This document shows, one piece after another, positions 25,680 to 38,638 of a stretch of DNA of 64,000 nt (its first letter is position 1; every line of letters begins with the position of its first letter). The stretch spans positions 84,694,001 to 84,758,000 of the forward strand of contig NC_086108.1 in NCBI RefSeq assembly GCF_963921235.1, read 5' to 3'. This DNA comes from Mobula hypostoma. Taxonomy: Eukaryota. The notes beneath the pieces are model-generated. The model worked only from the letters and a program-made list of their open reading frames with translations, was not told where the DNA came from and did no database searches. A program made the translations under genes and the position numbers.

Positions 25680-26480
25680 CGCCAATAGTACGGTCGGGCG
25701 ATACTGTCAAAACTTGAATTGACCTGTGCAAAGACAGGCGCAATAATAATAATATAAGCTCTCTGCAGCAACATCGGCGGCCTTGGAGCGCTGGAGACAA
25801 GTTCCGAATCCGTGACCGGATACATTCAGTGTCAACAAAGGGCGAGAGCGGACCCCGCACTCATCGCCCGGCGGGTGATCGACCTCACCTCACCCGTCCG
25901 CCGCCCTTCAGCAGCGGGTGACAATGAGGGAGATAGGGGGGCTCGGCCTGTCCTTTTGTCTGCTGCAGGCGTCCTCCCGATCACGCCTTTCATTTTCACT
26001 TTCGGCCCGGCATCACACGCCCACTCCCCTCAGCCCCGAGGTGGGCGAACGTACCGCGACTCCGGCAACCGGACCTGCGCCACCTGGGGCGCTGCTCTTT
26101 AACCCGCTTTGTGGCCGCGGCACGGGGGGTGGGGTAAGCGGAGCGGACGGGCCCGCGGAGGGGGGAGGGGCGAAGACCAGGCCCGTACGCGGCCCTCCTC
26201 CTATTGTTAGAAGCTGTCACCTCCCGCCGCGCCGCGGCGACGGCTCCAGCACGGGGTCCTGATCCCGAGCACGGCCGAGTCCCAGGCCTCTCCCGCGGGC
26301 CCCGCTCTACCGAGCAGCAGCGAGCGGCCCACGGCTTTTTTTTTCTGCCGTCCCCCGATGGTACTTCGCGTCAAACAAACCTCCACACCGCTGTCCTCCC
26401 ACCCCTTCCTTCCGTAGCGTCGGCCCTGGTTGGGGCCCAGCGACACCCTGACCAAAACACACTGCTAGCGGAGCAGGGCG
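25680..26480 (-). promoter_or_regulatory. CpG island, probably containing the KDM4A TSS and non-coding exon 1
   Basis: Sharp rise in GC and CpG in an otherwise CpG-depleted window; GC-box-like GGGGGAGGGGCG; candidate minus-strand donors near 25885-25893; exon limits not determinable. Confidence 0.8.
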
Positions 26481-27260
26481 ATTGGTTAATGCTCCTGTCA
26501 GTCACGCCATTGCTAAGCAAGTTGCGATGCCTCAAGTTACGACTACCGGAAATTATTATTTTTGGGTAAAATGGACATCATCGAGGTTTAAAGTAAAAGC
26601 AGAAAGTTCTTTGATGTATGAGCCAAACAAACTTACGTCTGGGATACAGAGTGTTCCGGACCACCACGGTTTTCTCCTGTCTTTTTTTGCTAAACCCCCT
26701 TTAAAATTTCGACTATCCCTTTCCCTAAACAAGACTACACAATCAACCAATCAACACAAACGTTCCGATCAACACCATAGATTACAAAGTTCACCAATCA
26801 GCTTCGTTAGCCAATGAGCACAGCGACTCCCAATAGAAACTGACCAACAGTGTGCTTCTTTTCCCCTACGTCTGCCAAGATCTAACCAATCAACACACCT
26901 CGGCTTCCAGCCATTCGGAGCCAGTTATCGATATAGTCAGACAATGCCCGTTTGAAACTGGGAAATCAGATGCTTCACGAGCTCCATGATACCCTAAAGC
27001 CACCAGACTGTCCAATCTCAAAAAAAATGAACGAGTAACTAACATCACTTTGCTTTCATCAACCGACCAATAGACATAGGGGCAGTGCGCAGTCGGCCAA
27101 TCTGCAGCTGCATGTCTGGGCCAACCAGGAGAGTCGCGATTTCGCGTCCGTCCAATCGGCATGCAGAGTGCGGCTTCCATTGGTCGCGTGCAAGTCTGCA
27201 CATCCACCGCCTCGTGACCTCCCGGGAGAAGAGCGGGCAGGGCGCAGTTAACTGCGAGGA
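26481..27260. promoter_or_regulatory. CCAAT-box (NF-Y) cluster, KDM4A upstream promoter
   Basis: CCAAT/ATTGG at 26481, 26747, 26794, 26811, 26830, 26886, 27012, 27067, 27097, 27152 and 27179; second CpG-rich patch 27080-27260. Confidence 0.7.
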
Positions 27261-27394
27261 AGGGAAGCTTGTACATCTGACAGTCGAGGCAAAGATCATC
27301 GGGCTAAATGTATTTGCCTTTTTGTTGTCCATTTGTATGCCCGTCATCCTCAATAGCATAAAGCCAGAAAACTACTGCACAGAAATAGGTCTTT

Positions 27395-27760
27395 CGAACC
27401 ATTGAAACTGACTACCGGCATCGGGACCTTAACCCTCTATACTCCTATCATCCAAGTACCAATCGTCTTTTAAATGTTGAAATCGAGCTGGCATGCACTA
27501 CTTCCACACTTACACGACCCCTCACGTTCCCCTTAAACTTTCACCCTTTATCGTTGACCTCGGGAAAGCCTGCTTGCATTTACTGTAACTATACCCCTCA
27601 TAATTTTGTATTCCTCTATCAAATCCAAGAAATAAAGTTGTAACCTATTCAATCTTTTCACTTAACTCAGGTCCTCCAGACTTGGCAGCATCCTTGTAAA
27701 TTTTTCAACTTTATTTACTTCGTTCCCATAGATAGGTGACCAAAATTGCACACATCTTTG
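27395..27760 (-). mobile_element. Old CR1 3' fragment
   Basis: Degenerate CR1 3' sequence (...GGTGACCAAAATTGCACAC); boundaries approximate. Confidence 0.5.
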
Positions 27761-29821
27761 TACAGTGCTTGCATTGCACCTTTAGCACCAGTATGCTTTT
27801 AACAGCAGTGATTTTTTTAAATCCTGATGCACCACTATCTGACGTTTTTGGAAGACCCCATAGTTGTGCATCTAGCTGACCAAACAGTTTGCAGTTTCCA
27901 CTCTCCTGGGCCCAGTTCCAATGCCCCTTTTAAACTCGTTGCTTTTGTTGGTAACCATCCCCTGACATCTTCCTGTTTGTTTTCTGTGTGTCTTTTAAAC
28001 TTGCTGGATTCACTGGAGTTTTACTATGTAATATAAAGTGAATTACAAGCAAGTCAAAGCGCTTAACTGATAATCCAACACCATTAAAATCTCAGACATA
28101 TTGAATTAACAGTTTTTATAAATTAACAACATGACAACATGTCTTTATTAGTGTCTCACACAAATGACAATGGTTCAGAAGCCCATTGAGGATGGTGGAG
28201 GTCTTAGATCAGGTTTTTTTCTAAATCAGCTGGGAGGATTGAAGTCCGGTTCATATTAGAAGAGAAATTCAATGGATGATGGCTGGTCAGCAGAAATCAT
28301 CTGTCAATGGACAAAAAATTGGATGATGTTAGTCATAGAACAATGCCTTTTGGCTGATTCCATCTGGCTTGGTATGTTGATTAGGATTGGTGGGCAGAGT
28401 GATGAAACCCAAGCTCGTTGAGACTGCGTTTCAACATTCAGAATCAAATCACATGTACATTGAAACGTGCAGTGAAATGCGTCGTTTGTGTGAATAACCA
28501 ACACACCTCGGGATGTGCGGGGAGCAGCCTGCGGATACTGCCACACATTCCAGCTCCAAAATAGCATACAAGGAAAAATCTGAAGACGCTGTAAATCCGA
28601 GCAACACACAGAAAATGCTGGAGGAACTCAGCAGGCCAGGGAGCATGCCCACAGTGCTCGACAGAATAACAGGACTAAACAAGCCCCTTACCTCTCCCAC
28701 CTACACATGTGGAGAGTCTTCCAACTCCCACTATAGATACTGCCTGACCTGCTGTGTTGCTCTGGCATTTTGTGTGCCTTATTTGGGCCTCGATTCTCAG
28801 CACCAACCCATAGATGAGCTGACGGCAGGATTCCAAAGTTTTTCCGCTCCTCCTCACACGGACATCCACCTCCCTGGGACAGCTGTAGTGCAGGCCTGGG
28901 TGTCCATCAACTATCACGAAAAGGAGGCCTGACCTCTAATCCCTGTTCCTAAACATTATTCTGACTTCGAACTCTCGACATCGTTGTCCCTAAACCTTAA
29001 ACAACCCACCCATCCCCAAAACTTAAACAAAAACTAAGTCTGAACCACTGAAATCTCAACACAGTAACTAGAGCCAAATCTATAGTAGTAGTGGAATGGG
29101 ATGGTGTGAAGCACAGGTTGGGGAGTTACAGGGTGCCATGCAAGTCAAAAGCAACAATGGTTTCTTTGAAGCCATGTTCTTTATCCCTTTGTCAGCTTTT
29201 CACAAGAGTTAGTTATCTGTGGTGATTTTTATTCAGGTACTCTACGAGGTGTAAACGCACCTCATCCAACTACAGTACTATGCATTTGAATGCCAAGTTT
29301 TTAAGTTATTAACAGGTGCTCACCTTAAAGATTTGTGTACTTACACTCCAGGTCTGCTTATGCTTACAATTTAAATTTAAATTGTAGCACTTAGTTTATC
29401 TTTGCAAATTCCTTAGCAAAAAGTTTCTATTACCTTGGGTTAAATTTCACTTGCTGCATCTTTCCACGTTTCTCTGTTTTGTATCTTCTCAAGAGAAAGC
29501 TGGAAGAAGGAAAAGGTCAAACAGAGAAGATCAGAAAAGATTGAAGCAGAAGGTAACAGAGGCACATAGGGTCACCTGGTTAGTAAAATACAATTGATTG
29601 AAACAGAGTTGCACAATGAGGTAAATTCCTGACCACATTCGTACAATTTCATTCAGGCTTCTAATTTTTTTTATATATACCTCTGAGCTGTTGCTGCCTA
29701 AGATCATTTGCTAATGAACCTCTCAGGGAGCCATACAGCACAAAGTCTTTAAGTACGCCCTTCGGCCTACAGTCTGCATGAATAAAGGAGCATGCATTTA
29801 CACTTATCCCAATTATAATAT

Positions 29822-30011
29822 CGCAAACAGGAGGAAATCTGCAGAAGCTGGAAATTCAAACAACACACACAAAATGCTGGTAGAACGCAGCAGGCCAGGC
29901 AGTATCTATAGGAAGAGGTACAGTCGACGTCTCGGCCTGAAACGTTGACTGTACCTCTTCCTATAGATGCTGCCTGGCCTGCTGCGTTCCACCAGCATTT
30001 TGTGTGTGTTG
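29822..30011 (-). mobile_element. Fold-back Penelope-like insertion
   Basis: ~70 bp near-perfect inverted arms around ...GTCTCGGCCTGAAAC...; 14 bp TSD CCCAATTA(T/C)AATAT (29808-29821 / 30012-30025). Confidence 0.85.
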
Positions 30012-30039
30012 CCCAATTACAATATATCTACATTCCCAT

Positions 30040-30236
30040 AATCACCATCTCCTTCTAGGTTCTATCATTCATATGGGCTAATTGAGAAAGACCAATTAAC
30101 ATACCAACTCATTTGGGATATGGGAAACATTTGGTTGTAGGGAGAACGCGCGGACTCCACACAGACAACACTAGAGACTGGTATTCAATACAGGTCCTAG
30201 GATTGTGAGGAAGTCATTCTGCTAGCTGTGCCACTT
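30040..30236 (-). mobile_element. tRNA-derived SINE remnant
   Basis: Minus strand AGTGGCACAGCTAGCAGA...CCTCAC...GTCTGTGTGGAGT with degenerate A/B-box-like head. Confidence 0.45.
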
Positions 30237-30659
30237 CATTTTTGCATTATTATCTCTAGTCTCAACAATTCTTGAAATACTGACTTACAACATTCCAGAA
30301 AAATGTTATCCTAAAATATGGTCTATGTCTAGCCTGCAATAATCATCATTCTCCATCACCCCATAGTGTACTAGGTACTGTACATTGACTCCTTAAAATT
30401 ACAGTCTTACTTTGTTTGTCATACCTGTTCATGGTTTTGCTCTGTCCCATACTATTTTCTCTTCCAATTCTAGAGCCTCTGGAATATCTGCTTTCTATTT
30501 TGGTCTCCCTAACATTAATCATTCCTTCACTTTTCATTGTTTTCAGCTGACAAGGCCCTGAGCTTAAAAAATCCTTCCCTAAACCTTATCTACTTTATCA
30601 TCTTTTAACTTTTAAATATCTCCTCTAGTATGTCCTCATGTCTCTTGGTTCCTTAAGAT

Positions 30660-31170
30660 TATCATAGCTTGGGGAGAGGGTGGAGTGGTGTTGATGGGGA
30701 AAGCTCCCACCAGCTATTAAATGCTCCCAATGGTGTACATCTCAAATAGCCTTGACAACCATGTCCAGCTGCTGGCCTTCATGTGTGACTTTGCTATCAA
30801 GCCTGGCAGAAATGTTTCTGTGGCAAGCACAGGCACTTTAAAACCAGATGGGGAAATGTCAACAGTGGTTGGCAGGTCATCTAAGAGAAAGAGAAGTCTG
30901 ATCTCAAACCTCCGCTGCCTTGCGGTTATACCCACTCATGGGGAGGCTTCAAGATTAAATCCCAGGGAAATATCCAGAGCTGCAGTTCCTCAGGCAGTCC
31001 CACATTCAGTTCAATGCTGATTGCCGGCAGCTCCTGTGAGGCTGCTTGGAGAGGGGAAGCCTTTTCAAGTAACAGCTTGCTCTCTATATCACACTGCCCA
31101 GGCTTTCGTATCGACTGAACATAGAAAGCTAGAATACAACATCCATGGTTGATCCCAACCAACAGAGGGC
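30660..31170 (+). mobile_element. Dispersed repeat, probable RTE-type 5' leader or non-autonomous derivative
   Basis: Homologous to 12100-12368; the family assignment is inference. Confidence 0.45.
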
Positions 31171-32119
31171 CTATCTGTATCAAATTTCATTTGCAATTGT
31201 TCTGGAACATCATGCTACTTCAGTGGTGCTGTGTACCAACAAAACGATGCAGTATTCATTGGGCAAAAAAACTGGTAAAATTTCTTTAGTCTTGTGGAAA
31301 GCTAATGGGCAACCTTTCACAGGGAAGTGGAATTGTGGGTCCTAGACGGCCATGCTGGATCTACTGTACAAGTATGCCATTTTCCCACTCTTGAAAGTTT
31401 TCCCATCTTTTTGATCAGTAATCTCAAACATCAATGTTACTGAAGCATGGATATGAACATTGCTGTTAATAATAGTTCCAAATACCACAGGCTGATGTTT
31501 GTGCTTCCCCTTGTTTTTGGCTGTTAAAGCTGTCTGTCAAAGTTGTGCATCAACATAGTAATTATGGTGAAACTTAATGGGTGAAAATGCCACTTCTGAA
31601 GAATTGTTTAGAACCTACGAAGGGCATTGTAAATACAGGATCTGGGGTGGGGTCTGTGTGAAAATAATTGGGCTGCAGTTTAGGTTTGAAATTTATTTAG
31701 TGAATTATAATCATATGGCCATGTATTTTCAGGCCCATTCAAAAATGGTTCATGGTCTGTAACGGTTTCTGAAGAATGTCTAACCATAGACTTTCTGTAC
31801 TCAAGTACTGCAACAGGAAGTGCTTTGTTGCTTCATGAGAGTGCATTCAAATTACAACTTTCATTTTCTTCCTTGGTGGTTGATGCTCATATTGATCTAC
31901 AGATACAGCAATCAAGTAAAACGGGAGTCTACAGGCAAACACCTCTTAATGTTATCAATTTTTTGGGGGCATCACACTGGAAATTAATCTGACCTTGCTA
32001 TAAATTCGTATGTAATTTCACTTGCCTGTATTAAGCAATGGGAAGAGAGTGTATTCCCAAAGTTTGCTCATTTTCTTAGCAGATTGATAATCAAACTTTA
32101 GTCCTTCATTGGAAATTTC

Positions 32120-33670
32120 TCGTCTGTGGCTGAACTTGTCCTTGCATTGACTTCACTTCACTTGCTTACTCCAGGTCAACAGCGTAGTAGGGACCTTGCA
32201 TGGGTGTCAGCAGTACTTGTCAGTGAATACTGGCTCCTGCTCCAGTTCCACTGGGACCCCCTCAGTTTCATGTCTGTACTGGTGCTGCTTCACTATTCAT
32301 ATGCAAATAACACATTTCATTCTGCTGCCAATTTCCACCTAGCCAACACTTTGACATAGTCCACAATCAATGCATGTTAACCCGTAGGTTAATTACAAAC
32401 ATGCATTATAAACCTATTGACACCCCAGAACTAACTTGACAACACCTCTCCCACTCTATTTCCAGTAAGGATCATTCCAGCTATGAATGACATGATGAAA
32501 ATCTGGAAGTCAAACCTGACCAGAGGGCTTAAAAAGAGGATTTTCATAGCAGTCATAGAGTCCATTCTCAAGTACGGATGCAAGACATGGACACTCACCA
32601 AGACGATGCGAAAGTCTCTAGATGGTTGCTATACACGAATGCTCTTGATGTGAGTTGGCAACAGCACATGATGAACGTCGAGCTCTATGACAACCCACCG
32701 ATGCTCACCACTAAAATCGAGGTGAGAAGACTGCAACTAGCGGGGCACTGTCTACGCCACCCCGAGCTACCTGCCAGCCTAGTCATCATATGGAAGCCCA
32801 AGCATGGGAGGATGAACCCTGGGCGCCCTCCCAAGACTATGGTCAACACGTTCCTAGAAGACAGTGGCGCGGCTAATGCAGATGAACTGAATACACTGAT
32901 GAGGGAGAGGGAGAAGTGGAGAGTCCGTCATCGTGCCCGACGCTGGCCCCCTAGGCCTGAGTCGACGTAGTACCATTCCAGTCTCTCAATGTCTTTACCA
33001 CCATCACAATTACTCTGATGTTGAGACTTTCCACACCAGTACCTTTAGGTGTTTTCCTTTTCTTAACCACATTTAAAAAAAAATTTTGGAAGTTCTTTGT
33101 TAATCAGGAACAAGGACAGGCCTAATTTTCACCCCATCAGCCTCCATATTGAGTTGATGCATCATCTTCAATAACTTGCACCACCTCCAATTTGATTCCA
33201 TCACCAGGCAAACCTTTCCCTCCCTTTTGCTGCTAGTATTCAGAAATGATTATTCCCTTTGTAACTGTATAGTCTATACTTGAATCTCCACCAATCATTC
33301 ATATTACAAGCATGAAGAATGCACCACCTTCCCTTTTACCTCTTCCCTTTGCACCAGCCAGAGACTCAAACAGTCCTTCCAGTAAAACAGAGATTTACTT
33401 GCACTTTTTCCATTTTAGTGTACTGCACTTAGTAATCATGATATGGTCAACTCGACACTAAAGAAATGCAAACTGAGTTATGATCTGCCTCAGCACCTTC
33501 ATTCAATCAGCAAAGGTGATCTAAGCTTCCAGTCACTTGACACTTTCATTCTCCACTCCATCCCACTCTGGCCTCTCATGAGGAATGGCTCCTCATCTTT
33601 TCACTGAGTACTTTGAATCCCTGGGCAATTTGAATTCTTAGGTCCTTCACAATGAATTTTAATAATTTCT
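32120..33670 (+). mobile_element. Highly decayed autonomous Penelope-like element (RT plus GIY-YIG region)
   Basis: Scattered motifs AELVL, AANFH, YKPIDT, LDNTS, IP.SQ and RFTCT...LVYC occur in the expected order, with many indels. Confidence 0.6.
32481..32973 (+). mobile_element. RTE-clade LINE 3' fragment inserted in the Penelope remnant
   Basis: VSWQQH, RRLQLAGHCLRH, GRPPKT, REKWR; 8 bp TSD CATTCCAG (32473-32480 / 32974-32981). Confidence 0.8.
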
Positions 33671-34358
33671 GTACTTAATCCATTTTCTTCCAGACCATAT
33701 TTTATGAGTAATTAATGCAGAAAAGTGGGTAATTGCAAAGGGTTCACAAACTTTTTCTTGCAACTGTAGCTTTACTTTTCTAAATCACGTTTTCTCTTTT
33801 CAGTCTCCAAGCTCTGACACTGACCTCACCATCACCAGTCTGAGTGGGAGGCAGCTAACCAGCTCACAGGAGGAGGCTTTCTTGAGAAAACTGCAGGATG
33901 AACCCCACCTTTGTCAAATGGGTTCTGACATCAAGAATGAGTTTCAGAGAGTTCCCCTGTGGGGTAAGTGAACATCCCACGATCAATGTTCTGTGGCCAC
34001 CAGTATATACAACACATCACTGGAGGGTGTGGATGAAGTTGAGGAGAGCTTCAACAACCACCTGGAAATACAGTATTTTGAACTAGTAGCCAGAAGAATA
34101 CAAACTTAAGTTCCTCGTGGTAAAGAATGCTTTCTTCCTTCCTTTCCCTCTCTGATTGGCAAACAGCTGGGGGGGGGGGAGGGAAAGTAAGAAAGATTAA
34201 TTCCAGTAGTTACCTTCCTGGCGAATATTTGCAACACATTTTTGTCAGAGACAAGTGCAAGTTCTGATTGGCATCAATGTCTTGACCCAGGTGCAGGTAC
34301 AGCTACCGATTAGATTATGTCGTTCTCTGAGTAAGAGAAAGCAAATCATGAACAATTT

Positions 34359-34449
34359 AAAAACACAAACACGAGGACATCGACAACTCTTCCGACAGAT
34401 GCTGCCTGGCCTGCTGCGTTCACCAGCATTTTTTTAAATGTGTGTTGTA
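34359..34449. mobile_element. Truncated fold-back Penelope-like insertion next to an older copy
   Basis: GATGCTGCCTGGCCTGCTGCGTTCACCAGCA arm; 11 bp TSD ATGAACA(A/G)TTT (34348-34358 / 34450-34460). Confidence 0.65.
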
Positions 34450-37259
34450 ATGAACAGTTTGCTGGAGGTACTCAGTAGGTCAATAGTTCAATCCTTGAGT
34501 TCCTTCAGCATATAGTTTGTTGTTCCGGATTACAGCATGTGCAGTCAGTTATGTCTCCATGAGAATGCAATGGATGCCTGCACCACCTGTTCCATGACAG
34601 GAATAAACCATGCTGTTACCTCCAAGCACACTGGCCCCAAAGGCAGCAGTCACATTGATGTTGTGGGTCTCATGAAGTATGCTTGAATAGCTCCTCTCAG
34701 ACACTACACAGGCACATCCTATACTGCATTGGCCTCACCAAGAACTTCAGAACACACAGAACTGTCGTGGAAACAACTTAATTCTCTCGACTACGTCCTG
34801 TGATCCTTTCCACACCCGTTGTTAAAAACACCGCTAAAAAGTGTTGTTGCAACTTTATCCTAGTGTGTAGTATAAAGTACCAAACAAGGACTGGAATAAT
34901 ATCAGACAATACCCAGTTCTACTGGAAAGCAGAATAATCAGATCTCATTTATTGATAAAATTGTGTTCTATCATGATCAACTGTGATCTGTGGACATACG
35001 TTCAATAGGGCAGATAACATTGCCTTGAGTCATAGGATATAACACTGACAATAGAACGTGGACAGGTTGATTATAAGCAAAATATATAACAATTGTGAAC
35101 CTTTACATATTCGATCTTTGCTGAAAGGTTGAAGTTTCTGTCTAAGTTCAACAAGGAGCAGAGACATGAAAAGCACTGAGTCCTTAACGGTGGAACAAAC
35201 TATAGTAGGACTTTCGGAGTTGCGAGTCACCAACAGATTGGTTTCACACCATCTGGTAAAACATCAACAGATTACGAAGCAGTACTTTGCTGGAACCAGT
35301 TGATAAGTTTTACATTAAAAATATAGAAATGATAAATTTAACTAAAGCTATACTACCTTGATAATCACATTTAAGCAAATTAATCACTGTTTTTTAATTC
35401 AACAGTCAAATCTATTTTAATGGCCTAATGTTTTGCAGTACTGTTCACTGTTCTGCTGAATGAAGTCCAGAAGGGTTGAGGTTTCATTCTCAGTCTTTGC
35501 TGTGTAAGGTTGCATCATTTAGGAGTTATGATTTACTGTCCAATTTATGGCCAAGGACGAGAGGGGAGATTAACATTCAGTTCTCCACCAGTCACTCTTT
35601 GAATAATGATGGGCAAAATAGAATGGTCTTAGTTGTTAGGAGAAATGGCCTACATTTTCTTGAGCATGACCTGTTGCCTGTACACACCACTTGCATTTCC
35701 CACCATCTTGAATGTACTTGCCTCAGATCTGGAAAGCTAATATCCCTGGTTGAGGCAGTCCTGAAGTAAAGCAAAGGGACTTTGGACAGCAGTAAATTTC
35801 CAACAATGTAATTGGATAACTTGATGGACCAGACCAAGCATGGTCATAAATATTTTTTGAAAAGGTTTGATAGACTATAAAGTTCCCCACTTTAGAATTA
35901 GAATTTATTTAAGTCTTACATCCATCCTACAATGTGAGGGAGTAAAAATCTTTGTGTTATGACTCTGTTGTAATGTATGGACATGGGAATTTAAAAGTCT
36001 AATGGGTTGTAGAAAGAAGCTGTCCCGTAGCCTGTTGGTCCTGGCTTTAATACCGCAGTAGTGTTCGCCAGGTGGAAGCAGCTGAAACAGCTTATGGTTG
36101 AGGTAACTAGTGTCCCCACTGGTCTTCCAGACCTTCTTTCAATTTTCAACAATTTGAATAATCAATGCTTCTGAATATCCAGCAGTCAGAAACTTTTAAA
36201 GACTAATAAAAATGTATTGAAAGATTTTTAAAAATACTAAAATGATGAAAAAGCAGTATCACCCTGAAAACAATTAAAACATTATACCTGTACACAAGTA
36301 ATAAAAGACTTACCTTTCTTTACTGGAACAGTATAATTTCTATGAAAGTAACTGTGCTGTTGGATCTTTTCCCAGCTATCACAGGATCCAAAATCAAATT
36401 CCACTGTATAAGTGCTGGTGAAATTGGTAGTGGATCTTGGCCAGTACTTTTGGGAGTGCTGCATTCATGAGTATGGGCTTGCAGTTAAATATGGAACTGT
36501 CAAGATTTATCAGGGTCATTGTGTCAAAATGCTACTCATTGTTTTGAGCAAGCAAATGTAAAAAAAAGAGAACAAGGCGAGGGTGTAAGTAATGCTGTCA
36601 GAACTTAGATCTGTATCACAGGGAGGACTTCTTTTTTGGTCACCAGTGTTAAATGATTGTGATTGCAATGGTGATACTTTTAGTGACCAACAATTGCTTC
36701 CATTGACTTTGATGTGAATGTTCTTTGGGTAGTGAGGCAAAGAATAGTTAATACTCTTGCAGCAGTTCATTGCTTGCAATCTAAGCTAAATGTCCCTCCT
36801 GTGATTTCCAAAGAGAAGCAGAAAGTAAAATGCAAAACTGGGTGTATTAAGACAATATGTTGTGAGGTGATAACTGAAATAAATTGGGAGGGGGTAAGTT
36901 GGGGTGTTCATGCATCTCCAGACACACCATTTCCCTTGAGAACTTTGCCCCTGACTTGAATGACATAGATTTTAGATCCACATGATGGGGTGTGACAATA
37001 TTTACTTCCGAGCAAGTCAATAATCTGTACAAATTGTGTTAATATAATAACCCACATGGAAATCAACTTGCCTCCCCAACAAATTTTTCTTCATGAATGA
37101 TTTAACTATGTCTTCAGTAGCAGTGGTCTTTCGTTCCACTTTAACTGTTCCTGATAATTATGTATTTAAATCTGCATTAAACCAAAATATTGGATTAAAG
37201 ATGATTTAATTTCCAAGAATGAAAAAATACGTAAAAAATCCCCAATGAAGCCACATTGT

Positions 37260-38569
37260 ATAAAACCCGATTACTGAACTTTATTAACATCAAGACTCTT
37301 CCAATGATGATATCATTTATTAACAAATAGAAAACAGACTGTGTATACAACAGAGTAACCCCTACAGCACTATGCATACACAAGGTAAAAATGAGCTTGT
37401 TCCAAACAATTTAATCCCTTCAAATCAGGTTACTGTCTATATCATTCTGACTGATTATATTTGGCATTCATCTACCACCTTTCCCTATTCCACACGCAGT
37501 CTCCCTACTGCATCAGCTCCGTAGATTACAAAAGATTATACCATCACAGAACATTGATCTTCCATAATAGCTCACTGGAAAGTTCAAGCTATTTGTCAGC
37601 AGTCTTGACTCCCACAGAATAATCACTATGGAACAGAGACCAACTGATCTGCTTGGTGAGGAATAGGGTTGTTGTCCCCAGCTCTTCTCTGGGTAGGTGA
37701 TCGGAGGTTTGTACCAAGGTGCGTTGCAGTGTTTACATCAAGTTGGTTGAGATCCAGTTTAAATTCATCTCCAACAGATTGAACAGAATGTTAGGTATTG
37801 AGTATTTTTCTAACTTTTTTATTTGTTTTTTAAAACAAGGAAAGGATCAAATTGGTCATTTTAAGAAACTGTACAAAACCAAAATGTATCCTTGTTTTTT
37901 TTTTATTAAATTCAACTAACAGCACCAGGCTCCTGCTTTATTCAATATTAATAGTTTTGTATTGTATGATATCTGAAGAGAAGACACTTTCATATAAGAG
38001 ATTAAACTTCTGGTTGATTTGTCTATCCCTAGTAGGAGATCAGAAGCTATAATCAGAACAGTGGTTAAGATTCCAGTCACCAGGATTAAATACAGAGCTG
38101 CACTAAAATGGGCAGCTCTGTTGCAAACATAAGGTACTTTTAAATCAGCAGAAAGAATATAAAAACTTAACTGATTACAAAATAAAAAGGCATTTACAAC
38201 ATAAGGGATTCAATTTTGCCAGAAAAAATGACCAATTTTAATAAAAAGGTTTATAAAATGGCACCCCAGTTAAAACCCAAAAGTAAATTGATCCATTGTA
38301 CTTGCGCTAAAATTATAATCAAAAAAGGGAATCTCATGCAAAATAGAATGGATTTGAAATTTGAAAATTATCCCATTCATTTGGAATTAACGCAAGTCAC
38401 CTTAGTTTTTGATCAGTCCAAGAATCATGAGAGAGTTTCAGAGTTGCTGATATCATTACATCTTTGACAATTCACTGTACAGAATAACTGAACAATGATT
38501 TAATATGATATGGCTCAAAAAATCATTTCTGGGTCCTGAAAGTCACATGTTCTGATTGGGTGCTAGAAG
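37260..38569 (-). other. PTPRF: PTPRF 3'UTR
   Basis: Repeat-free AU-rich sequence after the stop codon, ending at tandem AATAAA. Confidence 0.7.
37280..37321 (-). terminator. Tandem polyadenylation signals (AATAAA x2)
   Basis: TTTATT at 37280-37285 and 37316-37321; U/GU-rich tract downstream on the minus strand (37201-37260). Confidence 0.65.
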
Positions 38570-38638
38570 TTACGTTGCATAGTGATCAAAGCTTCCAAGG
38601 TACTCCAGTGCGGCTCGGTAACATAACTGGTACTGGTC
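38570..38638 (-). CDS. PTPRF: PTPRF last coding exon
   Basis: [22 protein letters not shown]; ttccacAG acceptor; TAA stop. Confidence 0.95.
   Translation of the reverse strand, partial: DQYQLCYRAALEYLGSFDHYAT

Noticed and set aside
25607..27405. Many overlapping 60-130 aa ORFs on both strands
   Set aside because: Expected from stop-codon scarcity in a CpG island; low-complexity Pro/Gly/Arg/Ala content with no recognisable domain
30150..30236. tRNA gene
   Set aside because: Only a degenerate SINE head; no complete cloverleaf
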